From Adineta vaga (taxonomy: Eukaryota > Animalia > Rotifera): a stretch of DNA of 64,000 nt. The stretch spans positions 11,284,001-11,348,000 of the forward strand of contig CP075494.1 in NCBI GenBank assembly GCA_021613535.1, in the 5' to 3' direction. This document shows, in pieces, positions 24,407-39,472 of the stretch. The notes beneath the pieces are model-generated. The model had not been told where the DNA came from, did no database searches, and saw only the letters and a program-made list of their open reading frames with translations. Within the stretch, counting starts at the first letter, position 1; every line of letters starts with the position of its first letter. Made by a program: the position numbers and the translations under genes.

Positions 24407-26625
24407 AGAATTAGCAAGCAATGATGATTGATTTGGTTGGAAATATGATATCGATGCTTCATTTTTACATGTTTTCGATGATGTTTCTAAAAAAATAATT
24501 TAACATGCAAAAAGAACTAGTTAATCTGTTTAATTTCACTTTTATCGATAATATGAAGCATTAAATTGGGATTCTCATTTATATCAGGCCATTCAAAATT
24601 TAAAAATATTGTTACAAGATTATGTTCAATAATCGATTGTCCATTCGTTTTTAATGGTACTTTATATGATTGAAATGGTTCACTATGATAAGGAATAAGA
24701 GAAAAAAACATAAATATGATTACTCAAGATAAAAATGTAAATCAATCTTCATTTTTTTTCTTCTTCTTTACTTACCAACTAACCATGTTGATGAAAATGT
24801 TAACAAAATATAATCGAAGAAATAGAAGCAATTGATAATATGTAATCGAACATCCAAATAAGAATAATTAATCGACGATCAAATACCTATAGAAATGATA
24901 CTATTGTATTTAACACGTGAATTGTGGGATAATACAATGATTAAAGCAAGTGTATATGCGATTTTTTTTCTTCTTCTTTCTCCGACGTTTTTTTTTCGTA
25001 TTCTGTTCATTCTATTCGCACGCTTCGCGTATCTTTACCTGAATCGATCGTTTTGCTGTATATATGTATATGTTAATGATAATGATGCTCTCCCGTATTC
25101 TCACTTAACTACGTGTTTCTTCTCGTTTATTGGGTGACGACAACGCGTGTACGTATCATCTACAACAGAATAGCGAAGATGATGACGGTACGAAAGAAGA
25201 AGCAAGGACGTCATAAAATCAATCAAGAGAATCGAAGGTAAAGGATGCAACAACGCCTTTTCTTTGTTATTCGGAATATATTTATTTCTCAAAATTACAA
25301 TTTGAATGAGAAAGAAAAGTGCAATAACAATAACAACAACAACAGTATATTCCTATCGATAAATTTGGATCATGTAGAGGAAAAAAAAGAAAAGTTTATA
25401 TAAATCAAACGAAGTATAGGGAAAAAAAGAACACCTATTCGATACTTTGAAATATGAATAAACATTTGTCCACGGGATGACACGGGTCATTAAATGTTGT
25501 GTAGGCGGAAAAAAATATTATTACCGTATAAATATACATTAATCACGATCTATCATGATTCAGTTAAAGAAATCAAGTTTCATTGTTAATTATAAGTTAT
25601 TTCATCAGACTAATTTCTCATATGATGTCATTGCACTTACAAAATACTTGATCAGAAAATTACAAAGAAACTTTTTTCGAAATATTATCGCGTTTTAGAA
25701 ATGATTAAGAAGATATTACCTAGGTTCAGGTCATGTATTAATATGCGAAATCGCTAGTAGAAATAACCGCAAATACGAACGATTGTATTAGACATCCGCG
25801 TGATAAATTATCATCGATCATTTGAACCGATTTTCTTTCGCAATCAATTCTGAATGTATGAATTATTTAAATAACATGATTAACGAATCGACCATAAGTC
25901 ATTTTCGTTCTATTTATCTAAACTATCCTCAACTCTAGATAATATCAAAATGAAAAGCTAATCTTCATTCTTTTCGATTAAAGATATACATTTCAAAATT
26001 CCATACATATTCATCGTGAATACAATCATTTCAATTCAAGAGATATACTATACATACTTTTTAATGATTCGAACGTTTTTTTTTGATAATTGAAAATCTA
26101 TAGTATTGTGAAGAAAGAAATTATATTAACATTATCGTATAAGAAAATAAATTCATACTATTTGCTAAATTTAATCTTGAATAGTATTGTTTCGATCCGG
26201 GAATGTTCTGTTTTTTTTTTGTTCTGAAAGAAAGAAAAAACATGTGGGACTTATGATTTTATATTTCGTCTATTGTCGCTACTGAATATAAATCAAAGAC
26301 ATTGATAGTGACGCAAACCACAAGATGATATCATATAACTTTTAGCGACATATTATTTTATCATTGGATAATATATCTAAGCGAATATTAATTACTCTTC
26401 TCTCTATCTGTTCTTCGTTCGTTCGTTTACGGTGTAAAGTTTTTTTGCTTACCCTTCGGAAGGACATTTTCCTATACGAATGCAAATACTGTATCTTATT
26501 ATTCTCATAATCAATTATGATGCATGTTTTGGTAAACAAATGAATGTAAATAATAATACATAGATGTGCTTGAGTAGATTTCGAAATAACTGTTGTTTTT
26601 TTTTCTTTTTCTCTTTGATTTTAAG

Positions 26626-27572
<947 letters not shown>

Positions 27573-27657
27573 TTCTTTATTTATTTTTTTATCATACTTT
27601 TATTCTTTAAAAGATAACATATTGGATACGAGCTCTTTCATTTTTTTTCAGATAGAA

Positions 27658-29476
27658 ATGAATGAAATCCAAGAAAATAAATTGAAATTATATGTAAGAA
27701 AAAAATGATTTATGATCAAGAATATTGATCGATAGAATTTTATCTTGAATTATAGAGACTGATTGAACAATTGGTTAGAAAACATGAAGAAAATGAAGCA
27801 AAAGTAAAAGAAGCAGCCGACAAGATACATCGAGATTTGTACGAAAAGAAATTTTTTATTTTATCAAATGAAATATTAGTTTTGTAGTGAATCTTCAAAG
27901 CCAAGCATCGGTCCAGCGAATGATTTACGTAAGAAATGAATTCTTTCGAAAGAAATATACGTTTTTCAATTGAATAATTTAGTTCGATTTTTCTATATAC
28001 TTGACCAACAATATAAGAAAGATCCGGATGATACACGAAAAAAAGCAAGAGAAGATGTTTTGCAGTATATTGATCAATTTCGACAAGTTGATGTTGAGGA
28101 AGAAGAAGAAGAAGCAGAAACAGAAGCAGAAATTACTAATGATAATGATGATGATGCTCAACAACCACAACAATCAATTGATGTTCCACAACAAAGACCA
28201 ACTATTCCGTTGAATTTGGTAAGATTATTTTGCTAAATCAAAAGATTCGAACACATATGCAATACCATATGAAATCACAGATCTAGAACCCACACAAAAA
28301 CAGATTCTTTCAATTTTAGACACAACCTTCAATATTATCTGCATCTTCTCAATCTCTACAACAACAGCCATCAGTACCTGTATTAACTCCATCATCTTCA
28401 TCATCATCATCATCAAATGTACCTACAACTTCATCACAAGCAACAAATGAAATCTCAACAATACAAACGACTTATCTATCACCAGTAACTGATCCTGCAC
28501 ATATCACAAAAACAATTCTTGAATCATATGAAAAATTATTAATCGAAGTTAAACAATATAAAGATCAATATGAAAATACTCCTATTGAACGTAAAAAACA
28601 ACTAGCAGCTCCAATCAGAACTATTCTAAATAAACTTCGAGAAGATTTGTTACCTACATTAACAAATGATTTATTCAGTTATTTACGTGTTCAACAACAA
28701 ATGATCAACAATCAAAGTACTTGTATATTAAATAATACAGGTAACAGATAATTTTATCGAATGATTTTACTCATTCTTTTCTGTTTAGAACGTTTACTAT
28801 GTTACTCACTTATTTCTACATTAGTTCTTCGGCAATTGCTTGGAGGTGATTTAAATGATGTCAAAACTAGAGTTCTCCTACCGTTAATTGGTAAACTTAG
28901 TAGTGATCCACAACACAAAGAATTCAAAATTATTTTTCTTGATTGTTTACATAAGAAATGTCCATATACAGTACCATTATATCCTCAGCGGAAACCCAAT
29001 ATGAGCGATTCTGAATATAAGAAGTATGCGAATGTTTGAAAGAGTTTTAGACATGTTTTTTGATTTTCTTTGATGTTTGTAGATCAATGGGTTATGAAGA
29101 GAAGAAAGAGGGAAATATCTCTCGTTTAGAAACGGAAGATGAATTTCTCAATCGAATGAGTGGATTTATTCGATTATTTTGGAAATTACCTGTTAATCGT
29201 ATTCCACCTTTTCACAATGATTTATCATTTGGATGGCAATGGTGTGCAGCAGTTTTAAATCTACCACCTCGACCTAATCTTACAACACTTTTATTACGTG
29301 TTTTTCTTGATGAAGCTGGTGCAATGATGATGGAAGCATATCCAAAACTACAAGAATTTCCAAAAATTCTTCGAACAATTCAAGCTAAGTTGCCAGAAAT
29401 AGGCAAAGACACAAGTCCAAGTGAATTAACACGACTTAAAACAGCATTACAGAATTTACAAAAAATAAATCAATAG
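27658..29476 (+). CDS. GLE1: mRNA export factor GLE1
   Basis: HKKCPYTVPLYP...MGY...EDEFLNRMSGFIRLF...GWQWCAAVLNLPP...LLRVFLDEAG matches the GLE1 C-terminal domain. Upstream exons splice in frame from the ATG at 27658. Confidence 0.88.
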
Positions 29477-30093
29477 AAACTTTGTGATATGTATATTGTT
29501 AATCAGATGGAAAATAAATGAACTTTTTCTATGACTAGAAAATCTATGTACAATTATTCAATTATATAGAAAAGTTCGAATAATTTCTATGATTTGATAT
29601 CTAGACTAACAGATGTGATATTTTCCGATATAAACAAAAAGAAAGTTGTTCTTTCTATTTTGACCTGGTCAGGGCAAATGTATTTTCCAGTGCAAATTAC
29701 TGATAATGTCATATCGACCAAAATATATAGGAGTTTCTCTTCCAACGACAATCTTATACTTTTTTACGTTAGAAAGCGTGCTAGTGTAGAACAGAAGGCA
29801 AGAAACGAAACATATTTCTTTGGTGTTAAGAGTAAGAAAAGAAAAAGTTTTTTTTTCCTCAGCTGATAAACTCGACGGAAAAGAACGTTTCGCACTAGTT
29901 ATTCGTAAAAAAGTAATCATTATTAATAAATTACATTCATATTAACTATTTCGATGTAAGTAAACAGAATAAAAAAAAGCCCTTCATTTCTTATCTAAAG
30001 GTTTCAATAAATATTTGTCAGAATCGAAAACAAAGAAGTGTTATACAAAAATTCGCAATAAAAACATTTGAATCTACTAAAACGAGAACATTC

Positions 30094-31749
30094 ATGTCTG
30101 ATACACACCGTCCATCTCTTGTGACTTTACCAGTCGAACTTGTTTATCACATTCTTGATAGCCTTGATATTCTTACTATATTAATTTCATTTCGTAATGT
30201 ATGTACACGACTCAATCAAATCATTGATAATTACAAGAGATATCAAGTAAGTTCGTTTTTGTTAATTTTGATAGACTAATATCGGTAAAGGATAGAAAAA
30301 TGAGTAAGCAATTATCGATTTGATGCTTCGTATTTTAGACATGTACAAAATTAGATCTTACTCATGAAAAACTTAATGAAGGCAAATGTTACGGATTAAT
30401 CAATGGGTTAAGAAATAATCAAGTAAAATGAATATCTTATTTATTGGAATACAGTTCTGTTCATCTTTCTTTAGACATTAACAGAACTTCATCTTCGTTG
30501 TAAGAAAATCGACGATCAACAAACATGCTATTTAACTGATGTATTACAAAAGAATATCGTAAGAAAATCATTTATCTCATATGTAATTGTATTCTTCTAT
30601 CTAGACACTAACAAACTTAGTTCTGTCAAATAATAGAATTGGTATTGTAGGTGCTCAAGCTTTAGCTAATCTTCTAATTGATAATAAAGTAAAACGAAAA
30701 AAAATCTTTTTGTTTCGTATAATCAATCTATCATTCGATGATTTCATTTACTCTAGATATTAACAACAGTTGATCTCGGATGGAATACTATTGGTTGTGA
30801 AGGTGCTTTCTACATTGCTAATGCCTTACGTAGTAACAATGTGAGACTAATGTTTTAATCTTTGTCTTTTCCATGTGATCATTTTCAGACATTAACAGTG
30901 TTACATCTCGAAATTAATTATATTACAAATCAAGGTGTTCAATATTTAGCAAATGCTCTGCAGAATAACATAGTAAGGTGTAATCTATGAAAGTATATAT
31001 TCTTATTGATTGTATTAGACACTGAAAATCTTGATTCTTTCCAATAATAATATTGCAAATGAGGGTGCACAATACCTAGCAGATATGTTAAAGCAAAATC
31101 AAGTGAGATACATGAAGTATTTCCATAATTTTTCAATAATTTCATATAGACTTTAAGAACATTAGTGCTTTCAGAAAATAAAATTGATTCTGATGGAGTG
31201 AAATATCTAGCAAATGCATTGGAAATGAATAAAGTAAAAGATCGTTTCCATATGATTACACAGTCACTATCCTATATCATTTAGATACTCATGGTATTAA
31301 ATCTTCGATTGAATAGAATCAATTCTGTTGGAGCTCAATACTTAGCAGATGTATTAGTTAAAAATACGGTAAAATTAAAGTAGATAGAATAAGACAACAA
31401 ATTATATTCGCCGTCAAGATTTTTGCAAAACTTTACCACCAATATAGTTCTTGCTTTCCATCAACAAACTGACAATTCATGTAATGAAAAGCATCAATTT
31501 TCATAATTTCTTTTATTCTTCAGACATTGATTGAACTTTATCTTGGATGGAATCAAATTAATAATCAAGGAGCAGAATATTTTATCAAAACATTGAGTTG
31601 TAATCATGTAAACATTATCTCTTCAATAACTTCTTCTGTTTAACTATTCTTTATAGACATTACGTATTTTACATCTTGGATCGAATCAAATCGATTGCCA
31701 AAGACAACAACGTCTTGCTGATGCATTATCAAAAAATCAAGCGAAATAG
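30094..31749 (+). CDS. F-box plus RI-like leucine-rich repeat protein (ten 28-aa LRR exons)
   Basis: The F-box LVTLPVELVYHILDSL is followed by ten 84-nt phase-0 exons of the form TLxxLxLxxNxIxxxGAxxLAxxLxxN. The 3' end is 31749, or 31990 if a 34-nt GC-AG intron is spliced. Confidence 0.88.
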
Positions 31750-32593
31750 TTATTTAATATTTATCTTGTTTTAGTTATTGATTGAACTGTATTTGACTTC
31801 TAGTACAATGAAGAATCGGAATACATTTCATAGTCTCAAATTCACTCGAAACATTAATAGAATACAACTATATTACTGTTATCATTTTGCTCAAAATGAA
31901 TTGTTATTGTATTTTTATTTTGTAAACAATAAATTCAACTATATCGTCGAAAGGATGAAAAAGATTGTCGCGGAATGTTTTTTTAAATAAAAAAATGAAA
32001 CAATTGAGGCGTGTGACTATCGTCTTCTTCCTCTATTATATATTCTCGTTTGCATCCTTAATGAAACTTTAATACATCATATAATTCTGTCAATAGACGA
32101 AAGTTAACGCTGTAAAATTTCTACTACACAATATTTCACTTCCTTTCAATGGAATCATTATGTTCGTTATTCTTTCATCGGAAATAGTCGACAAAACTGT
32201 TTTATAATTATCAGTTACATAAATTACTTTGCACAACGATACTACTCATAAGTTTTTCAAATGATAATGTAGTGGAAACATGTAGAACGACCTGACTTTC
32301 TATGTATGTTCATTTGTTTTATTATGTTTCAAAAAAATTCTCATTTCTGATTCTTTTCCTTAAGTACATTTTAAAAAAAAACTTTCCTAGAAGACTTTCA
32401 TTCTACACATACATAAACCTATGGTTTGTACATTATCATTAACATAAAATATATCTCTTTATTAAAGAATCACTGATTACAATTAAGAAAGTCTTTTTAT
32501 CGTGGTCTTTTGTTTTTATTATCATGCCATTATAGGTGTTATTCGAATAATAGCATGATATAAGAAAGAAAAATGCATATCTAGGATTTATTT

Positions 32594-32863
32594 TCATTCA
32601 TTTGATATACTTCGGCCATATTTCGTATTACCAAATCGTCGTTGCCGTTCGGGTAACAAAAGATCATTAAGAAAACGTTTATAAGCATGATTCAAATGAG
32701 ATTTCAATGGTTTATCTTTATGATTCTCGATGAAATCGTACCATGCTGATGGATCATTTTGAATATCTTCTATAGATAAATCGAATGTAGGAACAGCCTT
32801 GTTTTGCCCGAATTGAACAAATAAAATTAGTAGAAAATAAATAAAGATTGTTAGTTGATTCAT
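32594..32863 (-). CDS. Neuropeptide precursor (predicted FGNTKY-amide)
   Basis: 89 aa with a hydrophobic signal peptide, KR and RR convertase sites and a Gly-Arg amidation signal: YKR-FLNDLLLPERQ-RR-FGNTKY-GR. An upstream UTR-exon donor lies near 33005. Confidence 0.75.
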   Translation of the reverse strand: MNQLTIFIYFLLILFVQFGQNKAVPTFDLSIEDIQNDPSAWYDFIENHKDKPLKSHLNHAYKRFLNDLLLPERQRRFGNTKYGRSISNE

Positions 32864-35626
32864 TTATCTGGATGTGAATAGTATTGAGTATAACGAAAAT
32901 TAATGAAAGAAATAATCTAGAAGACAAACAACGATAAAATGCGATGATACAATTGCTTTTCTGAAATTCGATATATTCTAGATGTTTGACTAGTATGTGT
33001 TAACTTACCTGAATCAATTCGCTGTATATATGTAAAATAAACAATTTATTTGATGATGCTTTTATACGATGAAATAGAGAAGAAAGTTTGTTGGAGGAGT
33101 TTCCTTTTTTAAATAGAAGAAAACTATTTATTTCATTTGAATGTCTTCCCAAAACCTTTCGAGGAGAAAACGCATTTCCGTTTTCTAAACAGGCTGATGA
33201 TAGTTTTATTTAAATAATTTTTTCTAGTTAGAAAATCTTCAAAACTTCTCGAGCTGGTTTCTTTGCCTCATTTTGACATAATAAACCGTTTTTTTTGTTC
33301 CCTGATACTCTTATAAACAAAACTATTCACTTAAAATCTCCTTTTTTTATCACTCACAGCAAGGCTCATCGATTTTTTAGGTAGAAACAAGTTTGATCAA
33401 ATAACTCTCTATTGTATGTGAACATTAGTGTCATTAAGAAGACGAATATCTGGAAAAGAAATCCTCTGTTTTATGCTAAAAGAAAAGCGAAATCAATCAT
33501 TAATAGGTGAAAGAATAATCTAGTAAGGATGATCTTATGAATCACTGTTTCTCACAATTGGTTATGTATAACTACAAAGGATTTGAATTCATTTATGGCA
33601 TCGAGTGAAAGTATGACTTCATATGAGATGAAACCCCAACCTTCTTCAATTACAAAAACGATGTGTTTTTATAAAATATACTCATCGTATCTTACACATT
33701 CTCAAAGGCTATTGTTCTTTAGAAACATTCACATCTACCATTGCTGAATTCATAGTTTATCTATGTATACAAATTGCTTTTTTTAATTCGAATATATTTT
33801 TGTCACATAGAAACCTAATGTAACCTATATTAGTACCTAACAGAAAGTTTTGACGACCTGGTTTCTGATGACGTTTTTTGTCTTTGTTAAGATGTTTTGA
33901 AGATAACCATTAACTTACAGATTTATTTTTTAATATTTCTGAGTTTCTCTTCTCTCATTATAATTTTTGGTCATTTGTGCAATTTATGTATAAATTAGTC
34001 ATTCGACATAAAGATTCTTAAATATGATACTTAATTCTCAATCAATTCCTACGCAATTAATTACTTATTGCTTTCCAATTTACGCCTTGAAATTGCATGA
34101 AAACTTAAAATTTAATAGAAACAATTTTTTTCTTACGCTTACTGCAACCATTATTTAATTATTAGATATGAATTACTTATATACAATAGAATAGCCAGAA
34201 ATATATATATATATATCGATCGTAGGACGCCGAAAACGGATATGCGAGGGCGGATATTTATTGTGCTATGGTAATTCATCTTACTGTCTAATTGAAAGAA
34301 TATACAAAGCAAAAGTTTGAATAGTTTTCATATCTTTATGCCATTCTTGTATGTCAAACTCGTTAAATACATATATCATTTTTGTTAATTATATGTCTAA
34401 TATGATTCTATGAAATATACCTTAAGCAGAATATATAGTAGTGGAAATAATATTTTTAGATTCGACAATCGACATGGCACTTAAATTGATGAAGTATTTA
34501 TATATGTTTCTTGTACAATATTAGAACTAATTGATTTGTTAATTGTACAGCTTTTAACAAAATAGAACATCGGTTGTTGCAATGACTTGGAATCATTCGA
34601 AATATTTGTATAAAACTTGTATTTACAAGTACGGATAATTGCTCCAAACAACAAAAGAAATATCAGTATTTTTAAGTAATTGAAGAAGTGTCTGTAGATG
34701 TTTACACGATGCCAGAGAGAACGAATAGTAAAGGTTAAATGTTCCGATGATATTTGATCGCACAAGATACAGACGATGTTTCCTGTCGATTTCTCTCAAG
34801 CGGGTACATAGAACTTCCTTCGCTTTCATGCATATAATTCTCAAAATCGTTTTTTAGATGTAGATGATATTTTGATTTAAATGTCAATAGAACGTAAAGG
34901 CACATTCACATGTATAAGAATAATCTTATGAAAGTCATGAAATATTTGGGCAATCATTGTTGAATTAAGCATAATGATCAGTTGTGAATCGAAGAAAGCA
35001 TTTTTTGGAGAATTGGCTTCATCAGTCATATATCGACGGGATTCTAATGATTTGTGCTGACAAATATTTTCCATAACTTAATATATTACCTATATGTTAT
35101 CCTATACACATCATTGAATATATCAAACTAAAATATGATTTCAATTTAAATCATAGACAAATCGAATCTTTTGTCGTCATAAACAAAAATACAATATATT
35201 TTTTCATCGAACGAAAAAGGAATCTTGTTTGAGAATGTTTCAACTAATTACATTTATTTTTAATCTTTTTCTTTCATTTACGAGTGATGATTCGATTCGA
35301 TTCGATGTATAAACAAAGAAAAATAAAAGAATAAATCGTCTTGTCAATCATATAATTGGACTATTTGATGTATGATTGTAATCCAAGGTTAACTTTACTC
35401 GAATCCTACCTTGAAAAATTATGAAATCGAACTAGAGTATACCTCGAATTACTGTATTACTCCTTCGAATTTTATTGACAATGAAAACAAAGGAATATTT
35501 CAGTCCGATGCAATCTTTGTACTTCTCTTTCTTCCTTTCTTTTAAAAAATGAATCATCATGCTTTTATATATTCTATTTATAGACTTATTGTAAGAATAT
35601 CTCAGAAGTACAAAGATTTGTTTGTT

Positions 35627-35650
35627 TCTCTCTCTCTCTCTCTCTCTCTC
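35627..35650. repeat. (TC)12 microsatellite
   Basis: Directly visible, downstream of the NCS gene. Confidence 0.9.
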
Positions 35651-35932
35651 TTTTCTACTACTTTTGTTTGATTCACGTTCTTTTAGCTTTCGGGTCAATG
35701 AATATAAAAATTGAAAGAATGTCTTTAAAGGTTTTTTGTTTTATATGCACATTTATTTAACAGATGAAGAATGAAAAAATTCTACATGCTTGGTTGTTAA
35801 AATGAGCACACACGAGAGAAAAAAAATCAAATAAAATAATGCGCATCTACAGATAAAACAGAGTGCATAAGATGAGAAGTACAACACAATGGAATCTAGC
35901 GCTTAATGTTCAAATTGACTTAGATTTTATAT

Positions 35933-36847
35933 TTAAGCATTTGGAACAAGTAAACGACGAATGACTGGATCATTTTTACAACCAGCAACGAACTAGAATA
36001 GAAGAAACAAAAACAGTTAACAATGATTTAAGAATTATTTTTATGTTAATATTTACTTCTTCCTTGGTTAATTTTTTGTTTCCAGTTACATCACAAATAC
36101 GAATAATTTCTTCGGCACGATGTTTTGGATCACGATCACCTAAAATTTGCGTTTACTTATTAATAAAATCTCACAAATAGTTTCATCTTTTTTACCTTTG
36201 CGATCGGTTTCACCAATGAGATCGTACATAGCTGAGATGACTTTAGCCATTTCATTTGTATCAACTAAAATATTTCATGAGAAAATAAAATTACAGATGA
36301 AATTTTCTATTTACTTGTTCCAGTGTTGTTGTAATCATACATATCGAAAGCTAAGGCAAGACGTTCATCAAGATCACCTGATTGTGTCAAAGCAATAGCG
36401 AGCATAAATTCGGTGAAGTCAACTTAAAAAAAATGAATCAATGAATTAACTAAGAAAATAAATATCAAATATAAATTTACTTGTTCCATTGTTATCACGA
36501 TCGAATGTACCGAAAGCATATTTACAGAAATCTTTGGCTTTGCCACCTGGATAGAATTGTTCGTAGACTGAAACGAATCGATCTTTGGATAATTTACCAT
36601 TTGGACTAAATGAAAAATGAATGAATGAAAATAGAATATTTATCGAATGATTTCTATTTACCAATCACGTAAGAAACCAGCGTGCCATTCACGGATTTGT
36701 TCTTCAGTAAAGTTTGTATTAGCTTTAAGCATTTGAATAGCTTTTGGTGTGAGAATTGTTCTATTGAAAGTAAAAACAAATTATGTGAGAAATTCAAATT
36801 AATAATTATACTAACGGATCAACTTTGCTGGATGATTTGTTACCCAT
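35933..36847 (-). CDS. Neuronal calcium sensor (neurocalcin/hippocalcin/recoverin family)
   Basis: Myristoylation start MGNKSS, WHAGFLRDCPNGKL, EF hands DRDNNGTIDFTE and DYNNTGTIDTNE, and the ending CKNDPVIRRLL. About 7 exons. Confidence 0.93.
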
Positions 36848-37890
36848 GGTTAAAAAATTTGAATTAAAAATACGAAAGTATATGTATATATCTAGAAATG
36901 TAATCTGTGATTATAAATATTCAAATGAGAGGTGTGTATATGTGCATATCGGCGAACGATAGCAAAAGAGAAATGAAATGAAAATTATTCGCACTGTTTA
37001 TATCCACTGTCTGTCGCTCTCTCGTTTTCTAGATTTTTCTCTTTTACTCTTTATTTTTCTTTCATTGTTTAACAGTATATAGTAGAAAAATAGCTGAGCC
37101 TTCGAGAAAGAACCTATCCAAAATCGACGCGTCAACGTTCGACGAGAGGGGTAAAAGAAAATAAATACTTTTTTCTTTATGTGCATCGAAGAACGGATGA
37201 AATATCATTCTAGTGCAGCTCGTAGAGGTGGCCGAGTATACTAAGTACGATAAGAGAAATAGTCAACAATAACAATGATCGAAGAACTTCTCTTTCTTCT
37301 TCTTGCTTGTATGAAAATAGTCGTACTGTTTGGCAAGACGAAGAAGTATCACATATTTATTAGTCACTAAATATTTGCGTTTCAAGAAATAAAAAGAAAA
37401 AGAAAAAGAAAGAAAGAACGCAAAACAAATCGACAGTTTATATCACTCGACGAACCGAATGAATCATCTGTTTTTTTTCTTTTTAACTATCACGTGTTCG
37501 TTCCAGGTGTCAAGACAAAGAACATACAGAAAGTTTATTCATAAGTACGAAAATTTACCCTTGATTTTAAAGCATAAACAAATGTCCTAGTTAACTAAAT
37601 AATTCTTTGTTTTATAAATGAAATCAAAAAGATTAGCGTTTAATAGAAAATATCAATTGTATTTAGAGGCGTTTTCATTTTGTATACAGATTATAATCTA
37701 TTTTTGTAACTCAATAGTTCTCTATTATCTATTATTAATGATCATATTGACGCTTATGAAGATTTCTTTTTGTTTATCGATAATCGATCTTTTGTTATTT
37801 CGTAAAGATATATATATATATATATATATGTATTGACACGATTCGACAGGTCAAAACAAATAAGATTTCTATGTTGTATTCGTTTGATAA

Positions 37891-39145
37891 CTAATCATCT
37901 TCGAAGCTAATATTTGTTAATGAACGAACAGCTTGATCATATTCATCTAACCATTTGGATTCGATTGAATTCAACATTGACAATGTTTGATTAGAATTTA
38001 TATAAAAATCTGAAATTTTATATGGTGATGGATAAGATCGTTCGATAATGGCAGTCCAATCAATATGATTTTGAAACCAAAGATTCTGTTTAATTTCCTT
38101 TGCACCCATACCTATTATCGAACAACCTAATCGTTTATTAACATTCGATTGTAGCAACATTCGACAAGTATGTTTTGCTAAACTACTAATTCGTAATGGA
38201 AATTTATGTTGTTGATGACAAAGAACATTCTTATGTGTTTGAAGCATTGATAAAGCAAAAAATGGAGAATGTGAGGTTAACATTTCAAATATGGCAATAC
38301 CCAATTGCCACCAGTCTACAGAGAATGAATATGGTTGACCTAAGAGCATTTCTGGTGGCATGATATCTGGTACACCAATGATAGAATAGGTAAAATTTGA
38401 ATGAGATGATAATAGTTTTGCAAAAGCAAAATCATATAGTTTGATATAACCATTTTCAGTCAGAAGAATTGTTTCTAATTTAAGATTTCGCTAGAAAATA
38501 TAATGATCTTTATGAACTAATTTTTGATCCAATTAGACAACTTACATAAATTATATTTAGTTCATGTAAATATTCAAATGCTAGAACAATTTGTGCACTA
38601 AAGAATGCAGCTACTGATTCTTCAAACCAACGAAATTGTCTCAATATATGTAATAATGTTATTCCACTAATATATTCAAATTTCATAGAAAAGCAATGAT
38701 GTTTTGTATCCATATACGATGAGATTAATGAAAGAATATAATTCGATTTCAATGAACCCAACAATCGTCGTTCTTCAAATAGACGTTGTCGAAACTGATC
38801 GGGCAAAGAATCATTAATTCGTTTTAAAACATACATTTGTCCATCATTGGAATCTCGAATTGAATAACTCGATCCGTACGCTCCGATGTTTAGTTTTGAT
38901 AGAATATCATATTTTTCAGACTCGAATGTATCGGATGAAAATAGAAGATTTGAATTCGATGTTATGGAATATGTTTTTGAGAAATTTGTAAGTGATAATT
39001 TTTTGGAGATAATATCCGAATGTTGAAGAACAGTGCCTGCTCGAGATTCGAATACTTGGGAAGAATTTAGAGAATATCGACGGCGACGATTTTGACGTTG
39101 TACATCGATAAATGAATATGCTGGAAAATTTGTACTAATTTTCAT
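37891..39145 (-). CDS. PKA-catalytic-subunit-like AGC kinase, probable pseudokinase
   Basis: AAFFSAQIVLAFEYLHELNIIYRNLKLETILL...GYIKLYDFAFAK...PPEMLLGQPYSFSVDWWQLG...KRLG...GAKEIKQNLWF. One intron at about 38491-38546. Confidence 0.85.
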
Positions 39146-39472
39146 AATGAAATGAAATTCTATAGTAACAAAAATAGTTATCAGAAATTGAACATTTCAA
39201 CTTTTCGTCATTTGAAAGTGAAAAACTAATTAACTGTCAATATAATCGAATTGCACTTGTTTCAACTTCACAATCATTGGATTAATTGATTTTTCTCAAC
39301 GATGTGTATTTCAACAGTATGAAAAGAGAGATGATACACAGCAGGGAAAGAATCAAACTTTTCACCAATCAATAACGAACAGAATTATTTTTTCGTCTTC
39401 TTCTTCTTGATTGAATAAACGACAATAGATCAAAATCAATGAGTATTGACTTCTCAATTTAATGTTTGCATC

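Noticed and set aside
30339-31740. Regularly spaced repeats as a CRISPR-like array
   Set aside because: The periodicity comes from 84-nt LRR exons separated by GT-AG introns, and the units are not identical at the nucleotide level.
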